Shown here: piece by piece, positions 18,348 to 28,361 of the stretch
Position numbering within the stretch: position 1 is the first letter of the stretch
Layout: each line of letters begins with the position of its first letter
NCBI GenBank assembly: GCA_014859085.1
Contig: JACUUY010000003.1
Coordinates: forward strand, 1 to 51,199
Direction: 5' to 3'
DNA length: 51,199 bases
Source: a candidate division WOR-3 bacterium
GTDB lineage: Bacteria; Hydrothermota; Tepidihabitantia; SM23-42
Translations under genes and position numbers: made by a program
The notes under the pieces: model-generated
Seen by the model: the letters and a program-made list of their open reading frames with translations, nothing else
Told to the model about the DNA's origin: nothing
Databases searched by the model: none

Positions 18348-18517
18348 CTGATTTCGGCAAAAATACGTTTACCTTTCAGAAAAAAACGAATATCAAACCA
18401 TTGTAGTTGCTTGATTTATCAAGCATTTTATAGCCCAATGAATCTCCGAAGAGATATGCTCTTCAGGAGCAGGTGGGCAACTACAATTATTTGACAATTG
18501 ATTAATGCCGAAATCAG
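18348..18517. mobile_element. 170-bp MITE-like element with 12-bp terminal inverted repeats
   Basis: CTGATTTCGGCA(18348-18359) and TGCCGAAATCAG(18506-18517), flanked by TG / TA. Removing it restores a phased heptamer array. Confidence 0.65.
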
Positions 18518-18547
18518 TAGTATCAAGTATCTTCGTTATGATGCATA

Positions 18548-18575
18548 TTGACACTCCATTCGATATGGCTATAGT
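18548..18575 (+). promoter_or_regulatory. Sigma70 promoter of the cupin operon, predicted leaderless
   Basis: TTGACA(18548-18553)-N16-TATAGT(18570-18575), GTG 5 nt downstream. Confidence 0.7.
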
Positions 18576-18580
18576 TGCTT

Positions 18581-18967
18581 GTGCTGGTCAAGAGGCTGAG
18601 CAAGATAACGCCGTTCGTTGCCGGCGATGGCTCGCTGCTAATTGAAATCCTGCATCCAAGACTGAAAACGGCCGATGTCCGCTTCAGTCTTGCCCATGCT
18701 ACAGTGAAACCGAAACAGAAAACACGACAACATGTCCTTGAACATGCCGAAGTGTACTACATCCTATCGGGCAGGGGATTAATGCATGTCAATGATGAGA
18801 CAGAAGAAATCAGCAAGGACGACACGATATACATCCCGCCCGGTCATAGCCAATTCATCGAAAACACGGCTCAAGAAGACATTGAGTTCCTCTGTATCGT
18901 CGACCCGGCATGGGAACCCGGGATCGAACACGTCATCAACGGTGAGCAGAAAGACACACGCCGATAA
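18581..18967 (+). CDS. Cupin domain protein
   Basis: SLAHATV..HVLEHAEVYYILSGRG..IYIPPGHSQFIEN..FLCIVDPAW. GTG start. Confidence 0.85.
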   Translation: MLVKRLSKITPFVAGDGSLLIEILHPRLKTADVRFSLAHATVKPKQKTRQHVLEHAEVYYILSGRGLMHVNDETEEISKDDTIYIPPGHSQFIENTAQEDIEFLCIVDPAWEPGIEHVINGEQKDTRR

Positions 18968-19736
18968 CCGCGCCTTGGGTCAGAGGCTGCTAATGGCGGC
19001 GCTTTTCGCGATGCCGTTCGCATTGCACGCGGGCGCGTCCGAATCCTGCGACTCGATCGTCCTGGAAAGAAGACTCTGCCGGATCGAATATTTCGAGGGA
19101 ACCCTGTATGGCGCACCATGCATCGGGACGAGCATATTCAGGTTTTCTGCACTGGATGAAAGCAACCCGATATCCTTTACCGACGACGTGAACTACCGCA
19201 TACGCGGATTCAAACCAACGCCATTTGCTCTGTACATAAACCGGGGTACGAGCATCGAGAAGTATTATCCGGCAGCGGGCGTGAGGGAAACTGTCTACGC
19301 GGCAGGAGATATCGTTTCCTTTGACCTGACCGATGCCGAAGAGGTGATCCTGGCGGACCGCCAGAAACAGGAACTGATCTTCCTCGACTTCGCGTTCCAG
19401 AAGAAATACGTGATCGCAAACATCGCCGTCGAGGACCTGCAATGGCGCGATGGTCTGCTCTACGTCTTGGCGAAGAACAGGATCCATCTATATGATGAAC
19501 ATGGGAATCTCGTCGAGACCAAAGCGATCCCGGAACGCTGCAATCGAATACGTGCCACCACTGACGAGCTGCTGATATTCTCGGAAAAAGCACGCTGCGT
19601 CTTCAAATCAGATACGGCCTGGTCGAGAATAGAACTTCCATTTACGGTGCTCGACATCTGCGAGAAAAATGATGGCTTCCTGATCCTCGATGGACCTGGC
19701 GCTACTTTATATATTTGCCGTCGCAGCAGTTTCTGA
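18942..19736 (+). CDS. Hypothetical secreted protein (beta-propeller-like); start uncertain
   Basis: Signal-like LLMAALFAMPFALHA, short beta-strand repeats (VILADR, IHLYDEHG). Overlap-coupled to both neighbours. Confidence 0.6.
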   Translation: MSRKTHADNRALGQRLLMAALFAMPFALHAGASESCDSIVLERRLCRIEYFEGTLYGAPCIGTSIFRFSALDESNPISFTDDVNYRIRGFKPTPFALYINRGTSIEKYYPAAGVRETVYAAGDIVSFDLTDAEEVILADRQKQELIFLDFAFQKKYVIANIAVEDLQWRDGLLYVLAKNRIHLYDEHGNLVETKAIPERCNRIRATTDELLIFSEKARCVFKSDTAWSRIELPFTVLDICEKNDGFLILDGPGATLYICRRSSF

Positions 19737-22407
19737 ACCGACTGCGTTCGATCTCGATTCCTCATACTACAGGTATGAACCCATGCCTTATGACACGTCG
19801 CTTGATACAACCAGAACAGTGCTGACCATGGATTCCGCGGCGGGCGATCAGACTACATTGAGGATAAGTGGCGCCAAGGACTTCTCATTCGATGCCAAGC
19901 AGGGGTTTAACCAGGGATTGAAGGTCGATATCTCAGGCGAGGTCGAAGGCGTCGGTATCGAAGGCAGCCTTTCTGACAAAGCAACACCTTCATCGACCGT
20001 CCGGATATCCGAGGTCGAGCGGGTCAGTCTCCGGGTATTTACGAGGAATCTCACAGGCGGTCTTGGCAATCTTACGCTCGACCTGCCTTTCGGTATTACC
20101 GACGAGATCCGCGGCGGGCGGCTCGGTCTCCGCACCGCAGACGAAAAGAACAAGGTGAATGCTTCCTACGCGATCAACCGGGGCGCTCACCGCAGGCTGC
20201 AATTCACCGGCGAAGAAGGCAAGCAGAGCCCGTATTTTTTTCAGGGCGCCGTGATCCCCGGAAGCGAACGCGTCTATATTACGCATGGATTGGAGCGGCC
20301 GGTGTTGTTGGAACGCGATACCGACTATAAGGTCGACTACATGAGCGGCATACTCTCCTTCACCAACAGACAGATCATCACGAGCCACACCCGTATTGAA
20401 GTTGAATACCAGGAAGCGATCGAGGATTACGTCAATACCTACCAGCAGATCGACGGCAGATCCGGTTTTGGCGGTATTGATCTCCACGGCCTGTACCGCG
20501 CGACGGCTGACGAGAAAGACGACCCGCTGACTTTCACGCTCAGCCCGGCCGAGAGCGAAAGTCTGATCCTCGCCGGAGACAGCGCCCGCGTGCAGCACAC
20601 CTATGCCGACACGACATCCGAGGGAAGTTATGTCCGGCAGAATGATCATTTTGTCTACGTGGGACAGGGCAATGGCGATTACGATGTCACTTTCTTCTAT
20701 GTCGGCGAAGGGAACGGCGAATACGTGTACGATCCAGCACTCAGCGCATTTACCTATCTGGGTCCCGGCCTCGGCAACTATTCACCGACCAGGCCATTGC
20801 CGCTGCCGCGACGCGAGGAATTCTATGCACTGAGCGGCGAATTCTACAAGACGTTGACACTGCACGTGTACGGATCGCGGCTCGACCAGAATATCTTCTC
20901 GCCGGTTGACGACGGCGACAACAGCGGCCACGGGTACCGCGCCCGCGTCGATCGCAGGATCGGGTTCGCCTCGGTCAAAGCCGAATACGTGCGTTACGGG
21001 GAAACATTCTATTCACCGGCACGCCGCGAGGAGATCGGCCACCGGCATATCTGGAATACCGAGGTACCCCTTTCTGAGCTGGCGGACATTTCGGTCGGCC
21101 TGGCGCCGGCCGCTTTCTTCAAGATGGACATGGGCTACGGCTTGCTCAACCGGCGGCACAGACGCCGTTTCGTGACGGTCCACCCGTATTTCCTCTCCTT
21201 CGGTTACGAAACCGTCGATACCAGCGAAAAGTACTTCGCCGGATTCACCAAGCAATGGACGCGTCTCATGTTGATGGGTCGGTATGAGAAATACGGAACC
21301 GTGCAGATCGTGCGGTACGGAACAGACATCGCGATCACCAAGGGAATCAGCGTTGGGATGCGCGGCACCGTTGACCGGGACAGCACATCGTTCGGAATAA
21401 TGAACACGTTCAATCTCAGCACGTCTCCCCTGTCACTGTCTTTCGGTCACCGTTCATTAAACGATACCACGTTCTTCTTCGGCAACGCCGGTATCCGTTA
21501 TTCAGGTCACGGACTGGCGCTCTTCGCCGACGTGCAACAGACCCAGCGGTACTCGCAGAAACGTGACGAGACATACGTGAAAGTCGGCGAGGGCAACGGC
21601 GACTATGTGTATGACCCGGTGACCAATACCTATATAAAGAAAGAAGGCGGCGACTATGCGCGTAAGGTATTCCTGCTGCCCGATTTCACGCGGGTTATCA
21701 CCAGGAATTATGCCGCCGAAGCCGGATATGCAAGAGGGTTCTACAGCTTGAACGGGCGCTTTTACTATGTTGACGAAGAAAATTTCCGCAACCACAGCGA
21801 GGATGCTGTTCTGAACTTCAACGCGGCCGATCACGACATAACACTCCTTCTCCGCCAGAATTTCCAGGAAGATCGACGGTATGCCCTCGCCGGGAGTTCA
21901 ATGCGTGAGCGGTCGGTGGCTCTGGCGCCCTCGATCCACGCTTTTTCGGGACGGGCTGAAATCCAGAACTCGGTCGAGGAGACCGGAGAGATAGAAAGAG
22001 AACGGAAGAACACATACCGCACAGAAGTATCGTATGAGATTCTCCGCCGGCCGGTCCTGCGGCCAAAGGCCGGCTACGCCTACAGCATCATAAGTTCCGG
22101 GTACTTCGATGACCTCGACATAAGACAGCATGCACCCGGGACCGGTATCCTGCTGGGCATACCCCTGAAGCGGATCCAGGGCAAGGTGGAAACGACGGCG
22201 GATTTCGTATATCGTCGGTACAATATTGATGAGATACCTTATTTGTTCACGGCCAATGAACCAAAAGGGTTGACCACGATCCTCGGCGCGTTCATAAGTT
22301 TCGGGGTCGGTGCAAACACGGTATTCAATCTGGTCTACCGGGTCGAATTCCGGTCTGATGAAAAACCAAAACAGAACATGCGACTGCAATCAAGGATAAA
22401 ATTCTGA
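19690..22407 (+). CDS. Large outer-membrane protein with an SprA-like motif
   Basis: 905 aa, signal peptide, PGSERVY..LERDTDYKVDYMSGILSF motif, amphipathic strands, terminal Phe (LQSRIKF). Confidence 0.7.
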   Translation: MDLALLYIFAVAAVSEPTAFDLDSSYYRYEPMPYDTSLDTTRTVLTMDSAAGDQTTLRISGAKDFSFDAKQGFNQGLKVDISGEVEGVGIEGSLSDKATPSSTVRISEVERVSLRVFTRNLTGGLGNLTLDLPFGITDEIRGGRLGLRTADEKNKVNASYAINRGAHRRLQFTGEEGKQSPYFFQGAVIPGSERVYITHGLERPVLLERDTDYKVDYMSGILSFTNRQIITSHTRIEVEYQEAIEDYVNTYQQIDGRSGFGGIDLHGLYRATADEKDDPLTFTLSPAESESLILAGDSARVQHTYADTTSEGSYVRQNDHFVYVGQGNGDYDVTFFYVGEGNGEYVYDPALSAFTYLGPGLGNYSPTRPLPLPRREEFYALSGEFYKTLTLHVYGSRLDQNIFSPVDDGDNSGHGYRARVDRRIGFASVKAEYVRYGETFYSPARREEIGHRHIWNTEVPLSELADISVGLAPAAFFKMDMGYGLLNRRHRRRFVTVHPYFLSFGYETVDTSEKYFAGFTKQWTRLMLMGRYEKYGTVQIVRYGTDIAITKGISVGMRGTVDRDSTSFGIMNTFNLSTSPLSLSFGHRSLNDTTFFFGNAGIRYSGHGLALFADVQQTQRYSQKRDETYVKVGEGNGDYVYDPVTNTYIKKEGGDYARKVFLLPDFTRVITRNYAAEAGYARGFYSLNGRFYYVDEENFRNHSEDAVLNFNAADHDITLLLRQNFQEDRRYALAGSSMRERSVALAPSIHAFSGRAEIQNSVEETGEIERERKNTYRTEVSYEILRRPVLRPKAGYAYSIISSGYFDDLDIRQHAPGTGILLGIPLKRIQGKVETTADFVYRRYNIDEIPYLFTANEPKGLTTILGAFISFGVGANTVFNLVYRVEFRSDEKPKQNMRLQSRIKF

Positions 22408-23225
22408 TGACAGACCGTTTTCGGGAATTCTACGAGTCGGTCGGCGCGCGATATCCTGAAGATGCCAGCGTGTACCGCACGTTGAGCGGTCAAATCAGAA
22501 AGAAATGGATAACGCGCAAACTCCGGGAATTGCCCGCCGGGACGCTGCTCGACTGCGGCTGCAACATGGGTACTCTTTCCAAAGACTGGCACCGCGGTGC
22601 GGTTTTCGGCATCGACATCGCATACGCACCGCTGCATCGAGGCAGAAGGCGCGCTCCCCGCACGACTTTCATCCAGGCCGACCTGCGCGACCTGAGTATG
22701 CTCCGGAATGGATGTATCGATAATGCGATCGCATGCGAGGTTATCGAACACCTGGACCGGCCAGGCCTGTTCCTCGGGCACCTCTACCGCATCCTGACCC
22801 GGGGCGGTAACGTTCTTGTCACTTCACCCAATTTTGTGCATTCCCGGCCGCGTGAAGTCGGCCTGGGTGTCCTGCGCAGTTTCGGCATTGACAAAGGAAC
22901 GGCCGATGACCGGTACCTGCACACGGCATACAAGCCACAGGAGCTGGCGGCCATGGCGCAGGAAGCCGGTTTCACGGTTCTCGAGCAGGGCAGTTTTGAG
23001 TTCGAATTGCGCGGCTGGTTGAAACCGGTGACAGAAATCGAACGGATCATGAACGCGCTCATCATGGATCACGCACCGGCATCGCGATTGAATCGCCTGA
23101 GAGAACAAGGTTTCCGCCGATTGGAGATCGGCCTGTTCTGCGTGCTGGACATATTCAACTTCGGCCGATTATTGAGCGGGATCTTCAAGGAGGGACGGAG
23201 ATCCTATATTGTGGCACGGAAATGA
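22407..23225 (+). CDS. Class I SAM-dependent methyltransferase
   Basis: LLDCGCNMG, GIDI, EVIEHL, LTRGG.VLVTSPN. Confidence 0.88.
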   Translation: MTDRFREFYESVGARYPEDASVYRTLSGQIRKKWITRKLRELPAGTLLDCGCNMGTLSKDWHRGAVFGIDIAYAPLHRGRRRAPRTTFIQADLRDLSMLRNGCIDNAIACEVIEHLDRPGLFLGHLYRILTRGGNVLVTSPNFVHSRPREVGLGVLRSFGIDKGTADDRYLHTAYKPQELAAMAQEAGFTVLEQGSFEFELRGWLKPVTEIERIMNALIMDHAPASRLNRLREQGFRRLEIGLFCVLDIFNFGRLLSGIFKEGRRSYIVARK

Positions 23226-24211
23226 AACTGAACGGATTCAAGTACGATCTCCCTGAAGAACTCATTGCTCAGTTCCCGGCCGGGGAGCGCGCCGCCGCGC
23301 GGCTGTTGACCGTCGACCGCAGCACCAGGCAGATCTCGCATTCGGTTTTCAGCCGGATCGGCGATCTCCTGGACAAAGATGATGTCCTCGTCCTCAATAA
23401 CACAAAAGTCTTCAAGGCACGGCTCTTCGCGCACAAAGCAACCGGCGGCAGGGTCGAGCTGCTGCTGATCAGGCAGGCGGGCAAGGACACATGGGAATCG
23501 ATGATCTCGCATTCAAAGCGTGTCACACAGGGCACGAGGCTATTGCTGGACCGGGATACTTACGTGACCATAGAAGAAAAAATGGCTGACGCGCGGGTCA
23601 TGATCAGGTTCAGCGACCCCGCAATGACCATCGAGCGCTACGGGATCGTCCCGCTTCCGCCCTATATCAGGCGCCAGCCGGCACCCGGTGACGAAGAACG
23701 ATACCAAACAGTGTTTGCCAGCGAAGCTGGTTCCATCGCCGCACCGACCGCGGGTCTGCACTTCACCGCGGAGCTGCTCGAAGAGATCGGCCGGAAGGTG
23801 AGGATCGCCAGGATCACCCTCCACATCGGGCCGGGTACGTTCAAACCCGTGCGCGGCGAGAGTGTTGAAGAACATAGAATGGACGCGGAGTATTTTGAGA
23901 TCCCACCGGAAGCCATCTCGATGGTCACCGGAGCTAAGCGCGTCGTTGCCGTGGGCACATCGACCTGCCGCGCCCTGGAAACCTGCGCGATGACCGGTCA
24001 ATCCAGGGGATGGGCTGACCTGTTCATCTATCCTGGATTTCGATTCCAGGTCGTGGACCGCCTGCTCACCAACTTTCACCTTCCGTGTTCGACGCCGCTC
24101 CTGCTGGTCTGCGCGTTCGCCGGTAAGGACTTGGTTTTCCAAGCGTATAAAGAGGCAATCAATAGGAAATACCTCTTTCTGTCGTACGGTGATGCAATGC
24201 TGATCACCTGA
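23222..24211 (+). CDS. queA: S-adenosylmethionine:tRNA ribosyltransferase-isomerase
   Basis: YDLPEELIAQ.P, PLPPYI, YQTVFA, GSIAAPTAGLHF, TNFHLP.ST, SYGDAMLI. Confidence 0.97.
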   Translation: MKLNGFKYDLPEELIAQFPAGERAAARLLTVDRSTRQISHSVFSRIGDLLDKDDVLVLNNTKVFKARLFAHKATGGRVELLLIRQAGKDTWESMISHSKRVTQGTRLLLDRDTYVTIEEKMADARVMIRFSDPAMTIERYGIVPLPPYIRRQPAPGDEERYQTVFASEAGSIAAPTAGLHFTAELLEEIGRKVRIARITLHIGPGTFKPVRGESVEEHRMDAEYFEIPPEAISMVTGAKRVVAVGTSTCRALETCAMTGQSRGWADLFIYPGFRFQVVDRLLTNFHLPCSTPLLLVCAFAGKDLVFQAYKEAINRKYLFLSYGDAMLIT

Positions 24212-24299
24212 AACTCGATCCGGCCCCGCGTCGTCTGAGGTCGGTTGCCGCTGCCTGCAGTGGATCCGGATAAGTCGCAAGCAAGCCGGAGCGCAAGGA

Positions 24300-24327
24300 T
24301 TGACACAGCCGGTGTACTATGTATAAT
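24300..24327 (+). promoter_or_regulatory. Consensus sigma70 promoter, predicted leaderless
   Basis: TTGACA(24300-24305)-N16-TATAAT(24322-24327), ATG 7 nt downstream. Confidence 0.8.
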
Positions 24328-24334
24328 AATTCGT

Positions 24335-25066
24335 ATGCCGAAGGGACTGATCATCATCCCGACCTATAACGAATCAGCCAACATAGAAAAGATCATCAAT
24401 GTCATCCTTGCCGTTTCGCCGCTGCTGGATGTCTTCGTAATCGATGACAATTCTCCGGACAAGACCGCGGACATCATCAGAAGAATGAAGGCAAAGAATT
24501 CACGGCTGCACCTCCAGACCAGACCAAGAAAGATGGGACTGGGCACGGCATATGTCCTGGGCTTTGATTACGCCCTCAAGAACGACTACGATTTTGCCTT
24601 TGAAATGGATGCGGATTTCTCGCACGATCCGATCGAACTCCCCAACTTCATCAGTCTCTTGAAAGAATACGACCTCGTGATCGGATCCCGCTACATCAAA
24701 GGAGTGAGCGTCGTTAATTGGCCGATGAAGCGGCTGATCCTATCATACCTTGCCTGTGTTTTTGCCCGTGTCGTTACCGGGGTACCGGTTAAAGACCTCA
24801 CGAGCGGTTTCAAGTGCTACTCGAGGAGTGCGCTGGCGCGTGTCGACTGGCAGAAATTCAATGTCGGCGGTTACGGCTTTCAGATACAGAGCGTCTATTC
24901 TGTTTACAGGACAGGGATGAAAATAAAAGAGATACCCATCATCTTCGTCGAACGGCGTTCCGGTGAATCGAAGATGTCCAGGCGGATAATATGGGAAGCA
25001 TTCTGGCTCGTATGGAAACTGCGCTTGCTGTCCATTTTCAACCGCGAAAGATACACCAGGAAGTAG
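24335..25066 (+). CDS. Polyprenol-phosphate mannose synthase-like GT2 glycosyltransferase
   Basis: IIPTYNE, DDNSPD.T, GLGTAY, EMDADFSHDP, DLTSGFK, FVERRSGESK. Start at ATG 24335. Confidence 0.92.
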   Translation: MPKGLIIIPTYNESANIEKIINVILAVSPLLDVFVIDDNSPDKTADIIRRMKAKNSRLHLQTRPRKMGLGTAYVLGFDYALKNDYDFAFEMDADFSHDPIELPNFISLLKEYDLVIGSRYIKGVSVVNWPMKRLILSYLACVFARVVTGVPVKDLTSGFKCYSRSALARVDWQKFNVGGYGFQIQSVYSVYRTGMKIKEIPIIFVERRSGESKMSRRIIWEAFWLVWKLRLLSIFNRERYTRK

Positions 25067-25081
25067 CACGGAGAATATTTC

Positions 25082-27262
25082 TTGACCATCATTATCTTGA
25101 TCACGGCCGCGATCGACATCACGGCCACGTACTACACCAATACGAATTACATATACGATATGACCGGCCGCGACAACGCGGTATATTGCGCGACCAATGG
25201 CGGTATCGCCGCGTTCAATACGATAACCGGTGAATTCGCCGTACTGACCAATACCGACGGCCTTCAGACGAACGCCCAGAACTGTGTTGGCCTGGACAGT
25301 TCGGGGAGCATCTGGACCGGCAGTGACCTGGGGCTCGCCTTGATCGCAAGCGATCTAAGCGCCGTCCACCTCTACCCGGTCGAATGCCTCACATCCACGC
25401 GGATAACGGACATCGCATGTCGCAAGGATTCGGTCTATGTCGGGTCATCGAACGGCCTGCTTTTCATCGATACCAAAGGAACACCCGCCGATTTCAGCGA
25501 TGATACGCAGATCAAGATCTTCGAGCAGCTGCCCTGCAACAGCATCCGTTCGATCGCGGTTGACGACACGTCGGTGTGGGTCGGGACTGCAACCGGCGGC
25601 ATTGCGCATTTTTCTAAGAACATGACACTCACAGCTACTTACACGATGAGCCACGGTCTCCTGAGTAACGAGATCAACAAGCTGGCAATCATCGACTCGC
25701 ACCTGTACGTTGCCTCAGGTCTGGGCTTGAACCGGTTTGTGAACGATCATTTCGACACTCTGCTGACGGGCTACGCGGTCAACGACATAAGCCGACTGGG
25801 CGATACGCTCGTCCTCGGTCTCGATCCGAGCCTGCAGGTCGGCACTTTCCACGACGGCAGCCTGACGGTAATCAAGAACGGCCTGCCGAATTACAGCCGG
25901 GTCATGTGCTTGCTGAACCTCGGCGGTGAACTGCTCTGCGGTCTGGGCAACCGCTACGCGACGTCTTATTACGGCGACGGCATCGGCCGCTACGAGGCCG
26001 CCGCCGGCCAATGGACGGTCACGAAGAACCGCGGCCTGCCCTCGAACCACATCGCCGAGATCACCGCGAACGAGCACGGCGTCTTCATCGCCCACGGACA
26101 GCGGACAAGCGCCAGTGAGTCGCGCGGCCTGGGCTGGTTGAACAACGAGAATGAATGGCTCAGCTTCTCGACCGACTCGGTGCTCTGGTCGAATTACGTC
26201 CACCGGGTCACGACCGACCCCCAGGGCCGCGTGTGGCTCGGATTTAATACGTTCCCGAACCAGGATTCATCGATCATGCTCTCCTGCCTTGATCCGCGGG
26301 ACAAGACCTGGTTCTCGCTTTACAACCGCTACAACGGCATGGAAGGAACCGAGGCGGTCTGGGACATTGAATTCGACCGAGAAGGCAACATGTACCTGTC
26401 GCTGGCCCGGCCGACGAACAAGGTATGGCTCATGGACCCGGCGCTCGAGCAGGTCTACTACCTGAACCCGCAGCTTACGGATCTGAGATATCAGGTGGAG
26501 ATCGCGCTCGACTCGACAGGCCGGATCTGGCAGACCCATCCCGATGCCGGACTGTCCATGACCGACACCCGCAATACGCTCTTTGACCGCAGCGACGATA
26601 TCTACCGCAATTATACCACGGCCGATGGTTTGATCTCGAACTACATGCGCGGGTGCATTGTCGACCGGGACAACACGCTCTACGCGTGCACTGACCAGGG
26701 CCTGGTCGTGCGCGACAGCGTGGGGTTCTCGAACCGGACGGATATCTCGGATTCGGAACTGCTCGACGGAGTCATCGATTCACAGGGCAGAATATGGCTG
26801 CTCGCCCGCGACGGTATTCATTCACTCGATCCGGTGGCAAACACCATTCTCCACTGGCGCTTCAGAGACCACAATATCGACATAAGCTTCATCGAATCGA
26901 TCGCTGAAATGACGCAGGTGCAGGGTTTCGAATTCGACCCGGTCCGGCGTTGCTTCTGGGTTGGCGGCGAGACTGGACTGCTCAAATTAGCCATTGAGTA
27001 CGATCCCCTGATGCAGCTCGCGGCGAAGATCTATCCCAACCCGGTAACCGGAAACACGGTCAGGATCAAAGACCTGCCAGCCGATGCACGGGTCGATATA
27101 TACACGATATCGGGTCGCAGGGTTGCCCGCGACCTTGCCCCGGACAGCGTTTTCGGCGAAGTGGTCTGGCAGATCCCGCAGGGCGTCGCCAGTGGCATGT
27201 ATTTCGCGCTCGTGCGCTCGGGGCAGGGCAACCATACATACAAATTTGCCATCGTCCGTTAG
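25082..27262 (+). CDS. PorZ-like double beta-propeller protein with T9SS-like C-terminal domain
   Basis: Reg_prop-type repeats (GLPSNHI, GLISNYM, GRIW). CTD IYPNP..VDIYTISGR..ASGMYF..KFAIVR. Confidence 0.75.
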   Translation: MTIIILITAAIDITATYYTNTNYIYDMTGRDNAVYCATNGGIAAFNTITGEFAVLTNTDGLQTNAQNCVGLDSSGSIWTGSDLGLALIASDLSAVHLYPVECLTSTRITDIACRKDSVYVGSSNGLLFIDTKGTPADFSDDTQIKIFEQLPCNSIRSIAVDDTSVWVGTATGGIAHFSKNMTLTATYTMSHGLLSNEINKLAIIDSHLYVASGLGLNRFVNDHFDTLLTGYAVNDISRLGDTLVLGLDPSLQVGTFHDGSLTVIKNGLPNYSRVMCLLNLGGELLCGLGNRYATSYYGDGIGRYEAAAGQWTVTKNRGLPSNHIAEITANEHGVFIAHGQRTSASESRGLGWLNNENEWLSFSTDSVLWSNYVHRVTTDPQGRVWLGFNTFPNQDSSIMLSCLDPRDKTWFSLYNRYNGMEGTEAVWDIEFDREGNMYLSLARPTNKVWLMDPALEQVYYLNPQLTDLRYQVEIALDSTGRIWQTHPDAGLSMTDTRNTLFDRSDDIYRNYTTADGLISNYMRGCIVDRDNTLYACTDQGLVVRDSVGFSNRTDISDSELLDGVIDSQGRIWLLARDGIHSLDPVANTILHWRFRDHNIDISFIESIAEMTQVQGFEFDPVRRCFWVGGETGLLKLAIEYDPLMQLAAKIYPNPVTGNTVRIKDLPADARVDIYTISGRRVARDLAPDSVFGEVVWQIPQGVASGMYFALVRSGQGNHTYKFAIVR

Positions 27263-27308
27263 CACAACTCCGGTCCCCAGATCATGGCCCTTCTAATGAG
27301 GAACCCAA

Positions 27309-27650
27309 ATGCATGAATTCAGTGTGACGAGATCCCTCGTCGAACTCTGCGAACAGGAAGCAAGCCGGAACAACATGAAGACCGTACGCAGAATAAATCT
27401 CAAGGTCGGGAAATTCACGGGATTTTCGCCGGACTCGATCAACTTCTACTTCGAACACCTCAAGGCCGATACGAGATGCCACAGCGCCTGTCTCGTGTTC
27501 GAAGAAATACCGATCAAGATCGCATGCCGCGACTGCCATGGGCAGCACGTGATCGAAGAACCCACACTTCTGTGCCCGAAGTGCGGCAGTGACAAGATCG
27601 AGCTGGTATCGGGCCGTGAATTCTTTGTCGCATCAATTGAGGGAGAATGA
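27309..27650 (+). CDS. hypA: Hydrogenase nickel insertion protein HypA
   Basis: MHEFS, CRDC, CPKCGS, SGREF. Confidence 0.96.
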   Translation: MHEFSVTRSLVELCEQEASRNNMKTVRRINLKVGKFTGFSPDSINFYFEHLKADTRCHSACLVFEEIPIKIACRDCHGQHVIEEPTLLCPKCGSDKIELVSGREFFVASIEGE

Positions 27651-27692
27651 AGAAACCAACTGAGCGAACCATCTTGAAAAGGAGCAATAATA

Positions 27693-28361
27693 ATGAAAAA
27701 AATCAATGTCCTCAAACCGGTGCTCGTCTCGAACCAGCAGCGGGCAAGAGAAAATCGAAAGGTCTTCGACAAGATGAACAGCCTCGTGATCAATATTATC
27801 GGGTCGCCGGGTGCCGGCAAGACATCGTTCATCAAGAACATCGTCACGAACTTGAAAACGAAGTACAAGATACTCGTCATCGAAGGCGACATAAAAGGCC
27901 AGATCGACAGCAAGACCATCTCCCGGTTGGGCGTGGACGTCATTCAGATAAACACCGTGACCGAATGCCACCTCGATGCTTTCATGACCGCTCAAGCCCT
28001 GGGCCGGATCAAAAAAAAGTATGACCTCGTGCTGGTCGAGAATGTGGGAAATCTCGTGTGCCCGGCCGAGTTCGAGATCGGCGAGGACTATAAACTGGCG
28101 ATACTCTCGACACCCGAGGGCGATGATAAGCCATTGAAGTATCCGCTGCTCTTCCATCTCGCCCGGGTCATCGTGATCAACAAGTGCGATCTCCTGCCCT
28201 ATGTCGATTTCGGCGTCGGCGATGCAATAAGGAACATCCGGAAGGAGAATCCTGGAGCAACGATATTCGAGGTTGCGGCAAAGACCGGAGCGGGATTTGA
28301 CAAGGTGTGCAAGCACCTCGAAAAAGAGATACATGCCAGGAAGAAGAAGAATACACGTTAG
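27693..28361 (+). CDS. hypB: Hydrogenase nickel-insertion GTPase HypB (no His-rich N-terminus)
   Basis: GSPGAGKT, ECHLDA, ENVGNLVCPAEF, EGDDKPLKYP, NKCD. Confidence 0.96.
   Translation: MKKINVLKPVLVSNQQRARENRKVFDKMNSLVINIIGSPGAGKTSFIKNIVTNLKTKYKILVIEGDIKGQIDSKTISRLGVDVIQINTVTECHLDAFMTAQALGRIKKKYDLVLVENVGNLVCPAEFEIGEDYKLAILSTPEGDDKPLKYPLLFHLARVIVINKCDLLPYVDFGVGDAIRNIRKENPGATIFEVAAKTGAGFDKVCKHLEKEIHARKKKNTR

Noticed and set aside
18408-18425. FNR box upstream of the hydrogenase genes
   Set aside because: Spacing is TTGAT-N2-ATCAA rather than N4, it lies inside the MITE-like element, and it is far from both promoters.
18126-18494. 122-aa ORF in the hycI-cupin intergenic region (similarly 46494-46776, 49859-50050, 50651-50971)
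   Set aside because: These are translations of heptamer arrays or MITE sequence (ILDTGY, CLEFEF, HRESRIEYPVS patterns) with no RBS or family motifs.
27258-27270. 13-bp match GTTAGCACAACTC with 38194-38206 (reverse strand); CIRCE-like half site
   Set aside because: 13-mer matches are expected by chance in 51 kb, and the second CIRCE arm is missing.
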